A stretch of DNA of 64,000 nucleotides from an uncultured Albidiferax sp. (GCA_963512645.1 CAUPNM010000021.1:12123-76122), one strand, 5' to 3'. Numbered from the stretch's first letter, positions 30,376 to 41,238 are shown. Numbers and translations: made by a program. The notes: generated by a model not told the origin, from the letters alone.

Positions 30376-31563
30376 ATGTTGACCTGGGACGAAGAAGTCA
30401 AGCCCTCACCGCTATCTGCAGCCCCCCTCGGTTTACCCACCAGCCGTGTGGAATCCCTCGCTGTTTTTTCGACCGATACCCCCTCTGCAGCACCCTCGGC
30501 CATGGCCACCGCTGTCGCCCACGTCGCAGTACAGGCCACAGCAGCACGCCGCGTTAACGCCGCCGACAAACGCATCATCAACGGCCAGACCGATGTGAAT
30601 CAGCTGGTGCCATTCAAGTACAAATGGGCCTGGGAAAAATACCTGGCCTCTTGTGCCAACCACTGGATGCCGCAAGAGGTCAACATGACCCGCGACATCG
30701 CGCTGTGGAAAGACCCGAACGGCCTGACCGAAGACGAGCGCCGCATCGTCAAGCGCAACCTGGGTTTCTTTGTCACCGCTGACTCGCTGGCTGCCAACAA
30801 TATCGTGCTGGGCACCTACCGCCACATCACCGCACCCGAGTGCCGCCAGTTCCTGCTGCGCCAGGCGTTTGAAGAAGCCATCCACACCCACGCCTACCAG
30901 TACATCGTGGAGTCGCTGGGCCTGGACGAGAGCGAGATCTTCAACGCCTACAACGAAGTCGCATCCATCCGCAACAAAGACCAGTTCCTGATCCCCTTCA
31001 TCGAAGCTATCATGTACCCCAACTACCACACCGGCACCCCCGAGACCGACCAGACCCTGCTCAAGTCGCTGATCGTGTTCGCCTGCCTGATGGAAGGCCT
31101 GTTCTTCTATGTCGGCTTCACACAAATCCTGGCGCTGGGCCGCCAGAACAAGATGACCGGTGCTGCCGAGCAGTACCAGTACATCCTGCGCGACGAGTCC
31201 ATGCACTGCAACTTCGGTATCGACCTGATCAACCAGCTCAAACTGGAAAATCCGCACCTGTGGACGGCCGAGTTCAAGACCGAGATCAAAGACCTGTTCA
31301 TGCGTGCCGTCGAGCTGGAGTACCAGTACGCCGAAGACACCATGCCGCGTGGCGTACTGGGCATGAACGCCTCAATGTTCAAGGGCTACCTGCGCTACAT
31401 CGCCAACCGCCGCGCCACCCAGATCGGCCTGGAAGCCTGCTTCCCGCACGAAGAAAATCCATTCCCCTGGATGAGCGAAATGATCGACCTCAAGAAAGAG
31501 CGCAATTTCTTCGAAACCCGCGTGATTGAGTACCAATCGGGCGGCGCGCTTTCCTGGGACTGA
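30376..31563 (+). CDS. nrdB: Ribonucleotide reductase beta subunit
   Basis: [31 protein letters not shown] and [13 protein letters not shown] motifs. Confidence 0.98.
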   Translation: MLTWDEEVKPSPLSAAPLGLPTSRVESLAVFSTDTPSAAPSAMATAVAHVAVQATAARRVNAADKRIINGQTDVNQLVPFKYKWAWEKYLASCANHWMPQEVNMTRDIALWKDPNGLTEDERRIVKRNLGFFVTADSLAANNIVLGTYRHITAPECRQFLLRQAFEEAIHTHAYQYIVESLGLDESEIFNAYNEVASIRNKDQFLIPFIEAIMYPNYHTGTPETDQTLLKSLIVFACLMEGLFFYVGFTQILALGRQNKMTGAAEQYQYILRDESMHCNFGIDLINQLKLENPHLWTAEFKTEIKDLFMRAVELEYQYAEDTMPRGVLGMNASMFKGYLRYIANRRATQIGLEACFPHEENPFPWMSEMIDLKKERNFFETRVIEYQSGGALSWD

Positions 31564-31740
31564 ACGCCATCACGTCCATGCTTTTAAATACCGCGCAAAC
31601 CCCAGCCTGCACACAGCAGGTGCGGGTTGCTCTTTGCGCCCCCGAGTCCATGGTGCTGGGCAGTCGCCCAACACCATGCATCGCTCTATGCCTAACAATC
31701 GGTATAAAGTGCTCTTTGTAAACAGATCAAGGAGAAAATA

Positions 31741-32391
31741 ATGGCAACTGCAAAAAAACCGGCCGCAAAAAAGGCCTCCCCCGCAAAGACGGCAACCCCT
31801 ACCAAGGCCGTCGCTGCGAAAAAAGTAGCGGCCGCTAAAACCGCTGCTAAACCGGTCGCCGTGAAGGCTGCGCCCGTCAAAGCTGCAGCTGTCAAGGCGG
31901 CTCCCGCCAAGAAGGCCGCTGCACCTGCCAAGAAAGTCGCGGCAGCCAAAGCTGCTCCGGCCAAAGCGGCTCCTGTAAAGGCAGCACCGGCCAAAGCCGC
32001 TGCAACCAAAGCAGCCCCCGCCAAGAAGGCGGCTCCAGCAAAGAAAGCAGCGGTCGCCAAGCCTGTAGCAGCCAAAGCCGCTCCCGCCAAAGCGGCCCCG
32101 GCCAAGAAAGCAGCGGCCCCCGCGCCCAAAGCCGCTGTGAAAGCGCCTGCAAAAACCGCGGCACCCGCCAAAAAAGCACCTGCTGCCAAAAAGGTAGCTG
32201 CGGTGGCAAAGGCTGAGCCCAAGAAGGCAGCGCCGAAAGCTGCAGCTTCGAAAGCGGCACCCAAAGCCGCAGCAAAAAAGGCAACCAAAGCATCTGCAGC
32301 CAAACCTGCCTCTGCGCCGGCTGCAGCATCGGCCCAAACGACGCTCAATCCACAAGCGGCCTGGCCTTTCCCTACGGCCAACAAGCCCTGA
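31741..32391 (+). CDS. Histone H1-like Ala/Lys/Pro-rich nucleoid protein
   Basis: Strong RBS AAGGAG; many AAPAKK/KAAPAK units; C-terminal [14 protein letters not shown]. Confidence 0.85.
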   Translation: MATAKKPAAKKASPAKTATPTKAVAAKKVAAAKTAAKPVAVKAAPVKAAAVKAAPAKKAAAPAKKVAAAKAAPAKAAPVKAAPAKAAATKAAPAKKAAPAKKAAVAKPVAAKAAPAKAAPAKKAAAPAPKAAVKAPAKTAAPAKKAPAAKKVAAVAKAEPKKAAPKAAASKAAPKAAAKKATKASAAKPASAPAAASAQTTLNPQAAWPFPTANKP

Positions 32392-32413
32392 CCGGATACA
32401 CTGGATCCGCATC

Positions 32414-32446
32414 AGGCTCGGTATCGCAAGGTACCGAGCCTTTTTT
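32414..32446 (+). terminator. Terminator between the convergent histone-like and DUF3426 genes
   Basis: AGGCTCGGTA-TCGCAAGG-TACCGAGCCT plus T run. Confidence 0.85.
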
Positions 32447-32454
32447 GATGCCGC

Positions 32455-33405
32455 TCAGGGGTAAAAGGCCAGCAGCCGGTAACCTACGATACGCCCCTTG
32501 TTGGGGTTATCAACGACCCGTAGGTCGACCGAGGTCGCCCATTCGCGCCCCGCAAACAGTACCCGGGATGCGGCCCCAAGTTCCGTCGGGGTCAACACCC
32601 GCCGAAACACCGCCTGCTCGTCGATATCGGTCAGTACGAACTCGATCGCGGGCATCGCCAAATCCACGGTAGCCTGGTTCTTGAGCACCAGATTCAGGCG
32701 GTAAGTGTCCTCATTTTGCAAGGCGCTCAAGGTCGAGCTATCAATAACAATCGCCTCGATCCGCCGCAAGGCCTGTACCGTACACCCCAGCCGGACACAT
32801 GCCGCCTGTAGCCAGGGTCGGGTCTCAGGCCAGGTCGCTGCCAAACGGTCACGTCCTTGGAAAACACCTTGCAAACCCAAGGCCACGACCAGTAACACCG
32901 CTACTGCCGCCCAGACTCCGCGCAGAAACGGGCGCGGCAGCGCGGGCTGAGAAGGCGGTTTACGGGTAAAGGAATAGCCACCGCTGTCCTCCGGTTCAGG
33001 AGGCAGAACAGCAGGCCCGTCTGGCACATCGCCGGCCGCTGGTACGGCCAGAGAAGCAGAGGGCTCCAAGGCAGCTTGCTCCGCAAGCAGAACTATTTCA
33101 GGTTCAACCTCGACCGGAGGAATGGACTCATCAGGAGCGGCCTGCGCCGGTCCAGACTGGGTGGCGGGCTCAGGAAGAGGCTCGGCAGGCGGGGGGGCGG
33201 GGGGCCGCACCTCGGGCAAGGACTCGGGCAACGAGCCCACCGACTGGACCTCCAGGGGCTCGGCACTACTTTGCTGCAGATCGCCCGAAGCATCGAATAT
33301 CTCGGCGCAATGGCCACAGCGCACCCAGCCTTCGGAGATACGGAGCTGGTCAGGAACGACTTTGAACAGAGTCCCGCATACCGGGCAGCGCGTGATCAAG
33401 GCCAT
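32455..33405 (-). CDS. Zinc-ribbon/DUF3426 membrane protein
   Basis: TRCPVCGTLFKV..DQL..SEGWVRCGHC, Pro-rich linker, TM helix, C-terminal GYRLLAFYP; downstream of prmA. Confidence 0.88.
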   Translation of the reverse strand: MALITRCPVCGTLFKVVPDQLRISEGWVRCGHCAEIFDASGDLQQSSAEPLEVQSVGSLPESLPEVRPPAPPPAEPLPEPATQSGPAQAAPDESIPPVEVEPEIVLLAEQAALEPSASLAVPAAGDVPDGPAVLPPEPEDSGGYSFTRKPPSQPALPRPFLRGVWAAVAVLLVVALGLQGVFQGRDRLAATWPETRPWLQAACVRLGCTVQALRRIEAIVIDSSTLSALQNEDTYRLNLVLKNQATVDLAMPAIEFVLTDIDEQAVFRRVLTPTELGAASRVLFAGREWATSVDLRVVDNPNKGRIVGYRLLAFYP

Positions 33406-33445
33406 GGTCTACGGATGGTGTGCTCGGGCCTAAAAAAGCAGGGGC

Positions 33446-34330
33446 CTAAAGCCGCGCCGTCATTAAGACCCAGCCGTCCTGCGTGTCCGACACTTCCAGC
33501 GCAGCGTAGGGGGCATAGGCCGTCTTCAGTTCATCGGTCTGGCGCTCCAGAATACCGGCCAGCACGAGAGCCCCACCAGGAGCCACATGGGCGCACAACA
33601 GGGGGGCCAGCACCTTCAGCGGCGTGGCAAGAATATTGGCGAGCACGGTGCCGTAGAGGCCTTGTGCCTGATCCGGCAAACCGGCCTTGAGCTGGACATG
33701 GTTGGCATGGGCGTTGAGCACGGTGGACTGCACCGCGGCGTCGTCAATGTCCACCGCATCGATATCGGTCGCACCGAACTTGGCCGCGCCAATCGCCAAA
33801 ATACCCGAACCGCAACCGTAGTCCAACACCCGGGTCAAAACGCCCGCATCCTGCCGGGCAATCCAGCGCAGGCACATGCGGGTGGTGGGGTGGGTGCCCG
33901 TGCCAAAGGCCAGACCCGGGTCGAGGCGGATCACCCGCGTCGCCTCGGCGGGTGGCTCGTGCCAGGTCGGCACAATCCAGAAATCCGGCGTGATGTCCAC
34001 CGGCGCGAACTGCGACTGGGTCAGACGGACCCAATCCTGCTCCGGCACAGGAACGATGCCCAGCAAATCGCAGCCTGCAAAAAAGTCCTGCACCGCCAAA
34101 ACGCCTGCCGCATCGCGTGCCAGCACCTCGTTGGCAAACAGTGCCTGGATACGCGAGCGCTGCCAGCCGTCTTTGGGTGGCGGCATGCCGGGTTCGCCAA
34201 ACAGGGCTTGTTCGGCATCGGTCTGTGCGTCCGCGTCTTCCACGCTCACGCTAAGGGCATCCAAGGCATCCAGCGCGTCGCTGACCATCTCGACCCGGTC
34301 TTGCGGGCACATCAAACTGATTTCAAACAT
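33446..34330 (-). CDS. prmA: Ribosomal protein L11 methyltransferase
   Basis: DPGLAFGTG.HPTT, VLDYGCGSGILAI, ANILA and LAGIL motifs. Confidence 0.97.
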   Translation of the reverse strand: MFEISLMCPQDRVEMVSDALDALDALSVSVEDADAQTDAEQALFGEPGMPPPKDGWQRSRIQALFANEVLARDAAGVLAVQDFFAGCDLLGIVPVPEQDWVRLTQSQFAPVDITPDFWIVPTWHEPPAEATRVIRLDPGLAFGTGTHPTTRMCLRWIARQDAGVLTRVLDYGCGSGILAIGAAKFGATDIDAVDIDDAAVQSTVLNAHANHVQLKAGLPDQAQGLYGTVLANILATPLKVLAPLLCAHVAPGGALVLAGILERQTDELKTAYAPYAALEVSDTQDGWVLMTARL

Positions 34331-35679
34331 CAACGCTTGTGCTGCGAGAGCCACTCTTCCAGGTAATGGATATTGGTACCACCCGCCATGAACTTGGCAT
34401 CTACCATCAGCTCGCGGTGCAGCGGGATGTTGGTATTGATGCCTTCGATCACGGTCTCCAGCAAGGCCGTGCGCATGCGCGCCATAGCCTGCTCACGGGT
34501 GTCGCCGTGGACAATGATCTTGCCGACCATGGAGTCGTAGTTCGGGGGCACGTAGTAATTGGTATAGACGTGCGAGTCCACGCGCACGCCCGGGCCACCG
34601 GGCGGGTGCCACATGGTGATGCGGCCGGGCGAAGGCGTGAACTTGTATGGATCTTCGGCATTCACCCGGCATTCGATGGCGTGGCCATGGATGCTGATCT
34701 GGCGCTGGGCAAAAGGCAGTTTTTCGCCTGCCGCCACCATGATCTGGGTGCGCACGATGTCCACGCCGGTGATCAGCTCGGTCACGGGATGCTCAACCTG
34801 CACGCGGGTGTTCATTTCAATGAAATAGAACTCGCCGTTCTCGTACAGGAACTCGAACGTACCCGCACCCCGGTAGCCAATTTTCTTGCAGGCGGCCGCA
34901 CAGCGTTCGCCAATGCGTTCGATCAGTTTGCGAGGAATGCCGGGCGCAGGCGCTTCTTCCAGCACCTTCTGGTGGCGGCGCTGCATGGAGCAGTCGCGCT
35001 CGCCCAGGTACACCACGTTGCGGAACTTGTCGGCGAGGATCTGGATTTCGATGTGGCGGGGATTCTGGAGGTATTTCTCCATGTACACCGCGCCGTTGCT
35101 GAAGGCGGCCAGAGCCTCGGCCTTGGTCATTTGGACCGCATTGATCAGGGCCGCCTCGGTGTGCACCACGCGCATGCCACGGCCACCGCCCCCGCCTGCA
35201 GCCTTGATGATGACCGGGTAGCCCACGGCCTTGGCAGTGCGCTTGATCACCACCGGGTCGTCCGACAGCTCGCCTTCCGAGCCGGGCACGCAGGGCACGC
35301 CAGCTTTGATCATGGCCTGCTTCGCCGATACCTTGTCGCCCATCATGCGGATGTTCTCAGGCGTGGGCCCGATGAACTGGAAGCCGCTTTTTTCCACGCG
35401 CTCGGCAAAGTCGGCGTTTTCGCTCAGGAAGCCATAGCCGGGGTGGATAGCCTCGGCATCGGTCACTTCGGCAGCCGAAATCAGCGCGGGCATGTTCAGG
35501 TAGCTCAGGGCCGAAGCCGCAGGCCCGATGCACACGGCTTCATCGGCCAGCTTGACGTACTTGGCTTCCCGGTCCGCCTCGGAGTAGACCATGACGGCCT
35601 TCACGCCCATTTCACGACAGGCCCGCTGGATGCGAAGGGCAATCTCCCCCCGGTTCGCGATCAGTATTTTTTTAAACAT
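34330..35679 (-). CDS. accC: Acetyl-CoA carboxylase, biotin carboxylase subunit
   Basis: [39 protein letters not shown] and [14 protein letters not shown] motifs. Confidence 0.98.
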   Translation of the reverse strand: MFKKILIANRGEIALRIQRACREMGVKAVMVYSEADREAKYVKLADEAVCIGPAASALSYLNMPALISAAEVTDAEAIHPGYGFLSENADFAERVEKSGFQFIGPTPENIRMMGDKVSAKQAMIKAGVPCVPGSEGELSDDPVVIKRTAKAVGYPVIIKAAGGGGGRGMRVVHTEAALINAVQMTKAEALAAFSNGAVYMEKYLQNPRHIEIQILADKFRNVVYLGERDCSMQRRHQKVLEEAPAPGIPRKLIERIGERCAAACKKIGYRGAGTFEFLYENGEFYFIEMNTRVQVEHPVTELITGVDIVRTQIMVAAGEKLPFAQRQISIHGHAIECRVNAEDPYKFTPSPGRITMWHPPGGPGVRVDSHVYTNYYVPPNYDSMVGKIIVHGDTREQAMARMRTALLETVIEGINTNIPLHRELMVDAKFMAGGTNIHYLEEWLSQHKR

Positions 35680-35700
35680 GCGCCACCAAACTCTGTGGGT

Positions 35701-36159
35701 TTACTCAATCACGTACAAAGGTTGGCCGTATTCGACGGCCTGGCCGTTTTCACACAGCATTTGCACCACGGTACCGGCTTTGTCGGCCTCGATTTCGTTC
35801 AGGATTTTCATCGCTTCGATGATGCAGATGGTGTCGCCTTCCTTGACCTGGCTGCCCACTTCCACGAAGGACTTGGCACCAGGGCTGGACGAACGGTAGA
35901 AAGTGCCGACCATCGGCGACTTGACCACGTGCCCGGCGGGGGCGGCGGGGGCGACCGGAGCCGCCACCACGGCCGCAGCGGCTGCGGGTGCCACATCGAC
36001 CACCGGAGCGGCCACCATGGCGGGGGCCGCAGCCTGGTACACCATGGCACCGCCACCCTTGACGATGCGGACTTTGCCCTCGGCTTCGGTAATTTCGAGT
36101 TCTGACACGTTGGAATCAGACACCAAGTCGATCAACGTTTTGAGTTTGCGCAAATCCAT
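35701..36159 (-). CDS. accB: Biotin carboxyl carrier protein
   Basis: [18 protein letters not shown] and EAMK biotinylation motif. Confidence 0.98.
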   Translation of the reverse strand: MDLRKLKTLIDLVSDSNVSELEITEAEGKVRIVKGGGAMVYQAAAPAMVAAPVVDVAPAAAAAVVAAPVAPAAPAGHVVKSPMVGTFYRSSSPGAKSFVEVGSQVKEGDTICIIEAMKILNEIEADKAGTVVQMLCENGQAVEYGQPLYVIE

Positions 36160-36296
36160 AAAACCTCCAGCCACGATGCATGAAAAGGGGTGGAATCTAC
36201 CCTAATTTCACACAACGATCGTTTATTTCTTGTATTTACATATTACAGACTGCCGCAAAAGACAGTCCGCAGGTGGCAAGTCTGCCACCGAATGCG

Positions 36297-36824
36297 CTAT
36301 TTCAACCCCGCCCATACTTGCAAATCAGCAGGGCTAACCCTGCCCATTTTACGGTGAAGCACCGTCCCGGCCGACCCGAGCACTACGGTAAATGGCAAGC
36401 CCCCCGCCAGGTTGCCCAGCGACCGCCCCAACTCGGTACCGCCCAGACCGGCCATTCCGATGGGGTAACTGACCGGCGTTTTTTGCAAAAAATTACGCAC
36501 CGAACTGGGCTGATCAACCGCCAAGCCCAGAACTTGCCAACCATTGGGCGCATGTTCCTGAAAAAAGCGACTGAGCATGGGCATCTCCTCCACACACGGA
36601 GGGCACCAGGTGGCCCAAAAATTCAATAACACCGGGCGACCGCGCAAATCCTGCATCGCCAACGAAGATCCGTTAGGGGTGTCAAAACTGAGCCGCCACA
36701 GCGCCTCCTCCACACCCGACAGCATGGGCGCGGGCTGGTACTTCCACCACGCCACACCGGCCCCTGCCAATCCGGCAGCTGCTGCCACCCCGGCCATCAA
36801 CTTTCGGCGTGAAGCGGCCATCAT
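36297..36824 (-). CDS. TlpA-family thiol:disulfide oxidoreductase
   Basis: N-terminal RR plus hydrophobic anchor; LNFWATWCPPCVEEMP and GGLPFT motifs. Confidence 0.92.
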   Translation of the reverse strand: MMAASRRKLMAGVAAAAGLAGAGVAWWKYQPAPMLSGVEEALWRLSFDTPNGSSLAMQDLRGRPVLLNFWATWCPPCVEEMPMLSRFFQEHAPNGWQVLGLAVDQPSSVRNFLQKTPVSYPIGMAGLGGTELGRSLGNLAGGLPFTVVLGSAGTVLHRKMGRVSPADLQVWAGLK

Positions 36825-37411
36825 GGTGCGTCCTGCGCCAGCAAGCGGCGTACAGCAGCGGTATCGCCCCGGGGGGCTCGGCCTTTGGAGTCGGGCTTTA
36901 AGGCCCCGCGCAGGTCGTCCAGGTCGTAGACCATCAAATGCACGCCTACCGTCTCGCCCAGCTCCAGGCTCGGACAAGCAAAGCTCAGCGCCTCTACCGG
37001 TTCGCCACGAAAGCCGGTGACGGTGGCGGGGGTGTAGGGCACACGGCGGTCGATCAGCGCAATCTCGGCGGATTTGGGGTCGTCGCAGAATAGCTGGATC
37101 GCTACGTCGGACAAGCGCGTCGCCGTACCCTGCCAGACCGCTCCACACAAATGCGGCCGAAACACGGCCATACGCTCCATCCAGGTCAAGGCTAACTGGC
37201 GCAGAGCACGCAACTCAGTGGGCTGGGTGTCGCCACAAAACAGGTCGATATAGGCGCGTACCGCGTCCTCCACCACATCGTTGCCGGGTAAAGCCGCGCG
37301 GCCCGCACCCAGTTGTGCCGCAGCGCGGCGCTTGGCCGGGCCGTATTCCAGTCCTTCTTCGACCACCATGCGGGCGGCGGTCTCGGCGATCTCTAAGGTC
37401 AATGCATCCAT
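36821..37411 (-). CDS. Conserved hypothetical protein (possible nucleotidyltransferase-like fold)
   Basis: EIAETAARMVVEEGLEYGPAKRRAA...P.L.GAVW.GTA...SD..IQLFCDD; stop overlaps the TlpA start; divergent from mpl. Confidence 0.75.
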   Translation of the reverse strand: MDALTLEIAETAARMVVEEGLEYGPAKRRAAAQLGAGRAALPGNDVVEDAVRAYIDLFCGDTQPTELRALRQLALTWMERMAVFRPHLCGAVWQGTATRLSDVAIQLFCDDPKSAEIALIDRRVPYTPATVTGFRGEPVEALSFACPSLELGETVGVHLMVYDLDDLRGALKPDSKGRAPRGDTAAVRRLLAQDAP

Positions 37412-37474
37412 GTGGGAGATTCTGCCCTTTTTGCCGATCCCAGTAAGAACCAGGGCCACCCCTAAAATCTCCGC

Positions 37475-38845
37475 ATGCACATTCATATTTTGGGTATTTG
37501 CGGCACCTTCATGGGAGGTTTGGCCGCTTTGGCGCGGGAGGCTGGGCACCGGGTGACGGGCTGCGACGCGGGGGTCTACCCCCCCATGAGCGACCAGTTG
37601 CGCGCACTGGACATTGGGCTGATCGAGGGCTTCTCGGCCGACCAGTTGGCGCTGGAGCCCGACATGTTCGTGGTCGGCAACGTGGTGTCGCGTGCCCGCA
37701 CGGCTGACGGCAACCCCAAATTTCCGTTGATGGAAGCCATTCTGGACGCGGGCCTGCCCTACACCAGCGGGCCGCAGTGGCTGGCCGAGCACGTGTTGCA
37801 AGGCCGCCATGTGCTGGCGGTGGCGGGCACCCACGGCAAAACCACCACCACGGCAATGCTGGCCTGGGTGCTGGAGCACGCGGGTCTGCAGCCGGGCTTT
37901 CTGGTCGGTGGTGTGCCGCTGAATTTCGGGGTGTCGGCCCGTTTGGGTGCAGGCAAGACCTTTGTGATCGAGGCCGACGAATACGACACCGCCTTCTTCG
38001 ACAAGCGCAGCAAGTTTGTGCACTACCGTCCGCGCACGGCAGTGTTGAACAACCTAGAATTCGACCACGCCGATATTTTTGACGACCTGCCCGCCATCGA
38101 GCGCCAGTTCCACCACCTGCTGCGCACCGTGCCCAGCACCGGCCGGGTGGTGACCAACGGGCTGGAAGAAAGCCTGGCCCGGGTGCTGCACCAGGGCTGC
38201 TGGAGCGAGGTGCGCAGCTTTGGCGCTGCGGTGAGCGACTTCACCGCCCAGGGCGAACCCCACCACTTCGATGTGCTGCAACACGGCAAACCAGTGGCCA
38301 CGGTGGAATGGGCGTTGGGCGGCGTGCACAACCAGCTCAATGCGCTGGCCGCCATTGCCGCCGCCGACCACGTAGGCGTGCCCGCCGACGTGGCGGCAAG
38401 GGCGCTGGGCGCTTTCCAAAATGTGAAGCGCCGCATGGAAGTGGTCGGAAACGTGCGCGGCATGACCGTGTACGACGACTTTGCCCACCATCCCACCGCC
38501 ATCCGTACCACGGTGGACGGCCTGCGCCGCCGGATCGGGCCGGGCCAGCGTATCCTGGCCGTGTTTGAGCCGCGCAGCAACACCATGAAGCTGGGGGCGA
38601 TGAAGGCCCAGTTGCCGTGGAGCCTGGAAGATGCCGACCTGGCGTTTTGCCACAGTGGCGGCCTGGGTTGGGATGCCCGCAGCGCCCTGGAACCCATGGG
38701 CGACCGGGCCCAGGTGGCCGACACGGTGGATGCGCTGGTGGCGCAGGTGGTGGCAGCAGCCCAGCCGGGCGACCACATCCTGTGCATGAGCAACGGTGGG
38801 TTCGGCGGCATCCACGCCAAACTGCTAAGCGCACTACAAAATTAA
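37475..38845 (+). CDS. mpl: Murein peptide ligase
   Basis: MHIHILGICGTFMGGLA, GTHGKTTT, EADEYDTAFFDKRSKF and DDFAHHPTAI motifs. Confidence 0.98.
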   Translation: MHIHILGICGTFMGGLAALAREAGHRVTGCDAGVYPPMSDQLRALDIGLIEGFSADQLALEPDMFVVGNVVSRARTADGNPKFPLMEAILDAGLPYTSGPQWLAEHVLQGRHVLAVAGTHGKTTTTAMLAWVLEHAGLQPGFLVGGVPLNFGVSARLGAGKTFVIEADEYDTAFFDKRSKFVHYRPRTAVLNNLEFDHADIFDDLPAIERQFHHLLRTVPSTGRVVTNGLEESLARVLHQGCWSEVRSFGAAVSDFTAQGEPHHFDVLQHGKPVATVEWALGGVHNQLNALAAIAAADHVGVPADVAARALGAFQNVKRRMEVVGNVRGMTVYDDFAHHPTAIRTTVDGLRRRIGPGQRILAVFEPRSNTMKLGAMKAQLPWSLEDADLAFCHSGGLGWDARSALEPMGDRAQVADTVDALVAQVVAAAQPGDHILCMSNGGFGGIHAKLLSALQN

Positions 38846-38895
38846 TAGCTGCTCGTGCTTATGGAATAAGCGCCAGAGGCACTTTTTACCCTTAA
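38832..38895 (+). repeat. Repeat copy overlapping the mpl stop codon
   Basis: ACTAC-AAAATTA-ATAGC-TGCTCGTGCTTAT-GGA-ATAAGCGC-CAGAGGCACTTTTTA; the mpl TAA lies inside the first palindrome. Confidence 0.87.
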
Positions 38896-38917
38896 CTTCC
38901 AAATACGCCCGAGATGG

Positions 38918-39928
38918 CTATTGCGGGCTGGTGGTGTCGCCTGCGGCCAGGGGCGCAGCGTAGCCCGAACCTGCAGGCGGCGGGGCACCCACGGCGATCT
39001 CAGACAGCGACGAGGGATCAAACACCGAGGTTCGCTGGTTGGCCGACGACAGCCAGTTCATCTCGCCCGAGACGGTGGACAGCGCGCCGTCAAAATACAG
39101 GCTGACCAGATCGCGGCCCAGCTGCTCGGGGTTCACGCCGCTTTGTAGCAATTGCTCCAGGCTACAGGGGCCGAGCTCCAGCGCGCGCAACACCGTGCGC
39201 TGGGAATCCTTGAGCCAGGCTTCGGGTACCTGGGGCGGACGCAGCAGCCGGATGGCATCGGTTTTGAAAGCCACCGGCAGCAGATCGGCCGCAGAGTGCT
39301 GGGCAAACTGCCACATCACCTCCCGCAGGCCCGCTTTCTGGAACCGAATCGGCACCGGCTCGGCGTTGGGCGCGCGCGCAGCCCACACCGCCTGCTCCAG
39401 CTGCACCGGGCTGGCATCTGCCAGGTAATCGATGCGGCGCTTGGGAATGTCCACCACCGCCAGCAACACATCCTGGTGCGTCAGCGCATACACCCCAAGC
39501 GACAGATTACCCACCCGCTGGTACAACAAAGCCCCCAGAAAATACTGGGCCCGCAAAGGCTGCAGCCAGGTTTCGAACTTTTTCAGCACCATGCGCACCG
39601 CCCGCTCAGACTCGGGATCAAAAGTGGTCAACGGCTCGATTTCGGGGGCCGACAAGGGCGTGGTGAAGGCCAGCGGACGATCCACCTTGTCCAGCTGCAA
39701 CAGCAGTTCGGGCTCGGCGCTGCGGCTGTCGGGGACCGCCAGGGTGCCATCATCGTGCAGCCGGGCGGCCGGGCCGCTGATGCACCAGGCATCGGATTCA
39801 GAGAACTTGGCCACCCGCCAGGCGGGCAAACTGGTCGGAAGGAAGGGTAAGACGGCCACCAAAGCGGCCCGCTGCGGTGGTGACAGGCCCGCCAAACCCA
39901 GCCAGAAAATAGGTCGATCCAGTGCCAT
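38918..39928 (-). CDS. Hypothetical protein
   Basis: 336-aa ORF filling the mpl-aroG gap with protein-like composition; no motif I can name. Confidence 0.7.
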   Translation of the reverse strand: MALDRPIFWLGLAGLSPPQRAALVAVLPFLPTSLPAWRVAKFSESDAWCISGPAARLHDDGTLAVPDSRSAEPELLLQLDKVDRPLAFTTPLSAPEIEPLTTFDPESERAVRMVLKKFETWLQPLRAQYFLGALLYQRVGNLSLGVYALTHQDVLLAVVDIPKRRIDYLADASPVQLEQAVWAARAPNAEPVPIRFQKAGLREVMWQFAQHSAADLLPVAFKTDAIRLLRPPQVPEAWLKDSQRTVLRALELGPCSLEQLLQSGVNPEQLGRDLVSLYFDGALSTVSGEMNWLSSANQRTSVFDPSSLSEIAVGAPPPAGSGYAAPLAAGDTTSPQ

Positions 39929-39993
39929 TCTGCTGCTCCGTTCACAAAATCAACGAATCCACCCCATAAAAGGCGCGGATTCGCTCCATGCGG

Positions 39994-41115
39994 TCAGCTT
40001 ACCCGACGCGCCTGGACTGCGGCAGACAAAATTTCCAGGGTCTGTAAAGACTGGTCCCAGCCCAGGCAGGCATCGGTGATGCTTTGGCCGTAGGCCAGCG
40101 ACTTTTGGTCGGTCTTGCCAGGGGTGAACTTCTGCGCGCCTTCGACCAGGTGGCTTTCCACCATCAAACCGAACACCTGGCGCGAACCACCGGCCACCTG
40201 GCCCGCGATGTCCCGGGCCACTTCGATTTGTTTTTCGTGCTTTTTGCTGCTGTTGGCGTGGCTGCAATCGACCATCAGCGTGGCGGGCATTTGGGCGGCG
40301 CTGAGCTCGGCACAGGCAGCGGCCACGCTGGCAGCATCGTAATTGGGTGCTTTGCCGCCGCGCAGGATGACGTGGCAATCCTTGTTGCCATTGGTCTGCA
40401 CGATGGCGACCTGGCCGTTTTTATGCACCGACAGGAAGTGGTGGCCACGGGCTGCGGCCTGGATGGCATCGGTGGCGATGCGGATATTGCCGTCGGTGCC
40501 GTTCTTGAAACCGATGGGGGCCGACAGACCGGAGGCCAGCTCGCGGTGAACCTGGCTCTCGGTGGTACGAGCGCCAATCGCACCCCAGGCGATCAGGTCG
40601 CCGATGTACTGGGGCGAAATCACGTCCAGGAACTCGCTACCGGCGGGCAGGCCCAGGCGGTTGATGTCGATCAGCAACTGGCGGGCGATGCGCAGGCCTT
40701 CGTCGATGCGGTAGGTTTCATCCAGGTAGGGGTCGTTGATCAGGCCCTTCCAGCCCACGGTGGTGCGGGGCTTCTCGAAGTAGACGCGCATCACGATCTC
40801 CAGCGTGTCGGCGTATTTCTCGCGCTGCACCATCAGTTGGCGGGCGTAGTCCATGGCGGCTGCCGGGTCGTGGATGGAGCAGGGGCCAATCACCACCAGC
40901 AGGCGGTCGTCGGTGCCCGCCATGATGTTGTGGATGTTTTTGCGGGTGGCGGAGATCAGCGTCTCGACCGGCGTGCCGCTGATGGGGAAGAAGCGGATGA
41001 GGTGTTCTGGAGGGGGTAGCACGGTGATGTCCTTGATGCGTTCGTCGTCGGTTTTGCTGGTTTTTTCGACGCTCGCATACCAGCTGTCGCTGGTGGGGTG
41101 GGTCTTGGCATTCAT
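39994..41115 (-). CDS. aroG: Class I-alpha DAHP synthase
   Basis: GPCSIHD, RVYFEKPRTTVGWKG, GAIGARTTESQ.HR..ASGLS, GFKNGTDG, DCSHANS and YGQSITDAC motifs. Confidence 0.96.
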   Translation of the reverse strand: MNAKTHPTSDSWYASVEKTSKTDDERIKDITVLPPPEHLIRFFPISGTPVETLISATRKNIHNIMAGTDDRLLVVIGPCSIHDPAAAMDYARQLMVQREKYADTLEIVMRVYFEKPRTTVGWKGLINDPYLDETYRIDEGLRIARQLLIDINRLGLPAGSEFLDVISPQYIGDLIAWGAIGARTTESQVHRELASGLSAPIGFKNGTDGNIRIATDAIQAAARGHHFLSVHKNGQVAIVQTNGNKDCHVILRGGKAPNYDAASVAAACAELSAAQMPATLMVDCSHANSSKKHEKQIEVARDIAGQVAGGSRQVFGLMVESHLVEGAQKFTPGKTDQKSLAYGQSITDACLGWDQSLQTLEILSAAVQARRVS

Positions 41116-41167
41116 GGGTTGCTCCTGTGGGTTTTATAAAAGAAGGGAATCAAACAAAAAGGGGACG

Positions 41168-41205
41168 AAAAAAAACCGCCTGAGAGCTGGGGCTCCGGCG
41201 GTTTT
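41168..41205 (-). terminator. Attenuator terminator upstream of aroG
   Basis: Minus strand AAAACCGCC-G-GAGC-CCCA-GCTC-TCA-GGCGG followed by eight U, ending about 50 nt before the aroG ATG. Confidence 0.85.
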
Positions 41206-41238
41206 CATGAAGGGCTTGCTTGTCTACAACTTAGCCTC

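Noticed and set aside
31741-32391. CRISPR-like or DNA tandem array
   Set aside because: The repetition is at protein level with synonymous variation; there are no constant-length repeat-spacer units or cas genes.
34339-36105. 588-aa plus-strand ORF
   Set aside because: Shadow of accC/accB; no independent signature.
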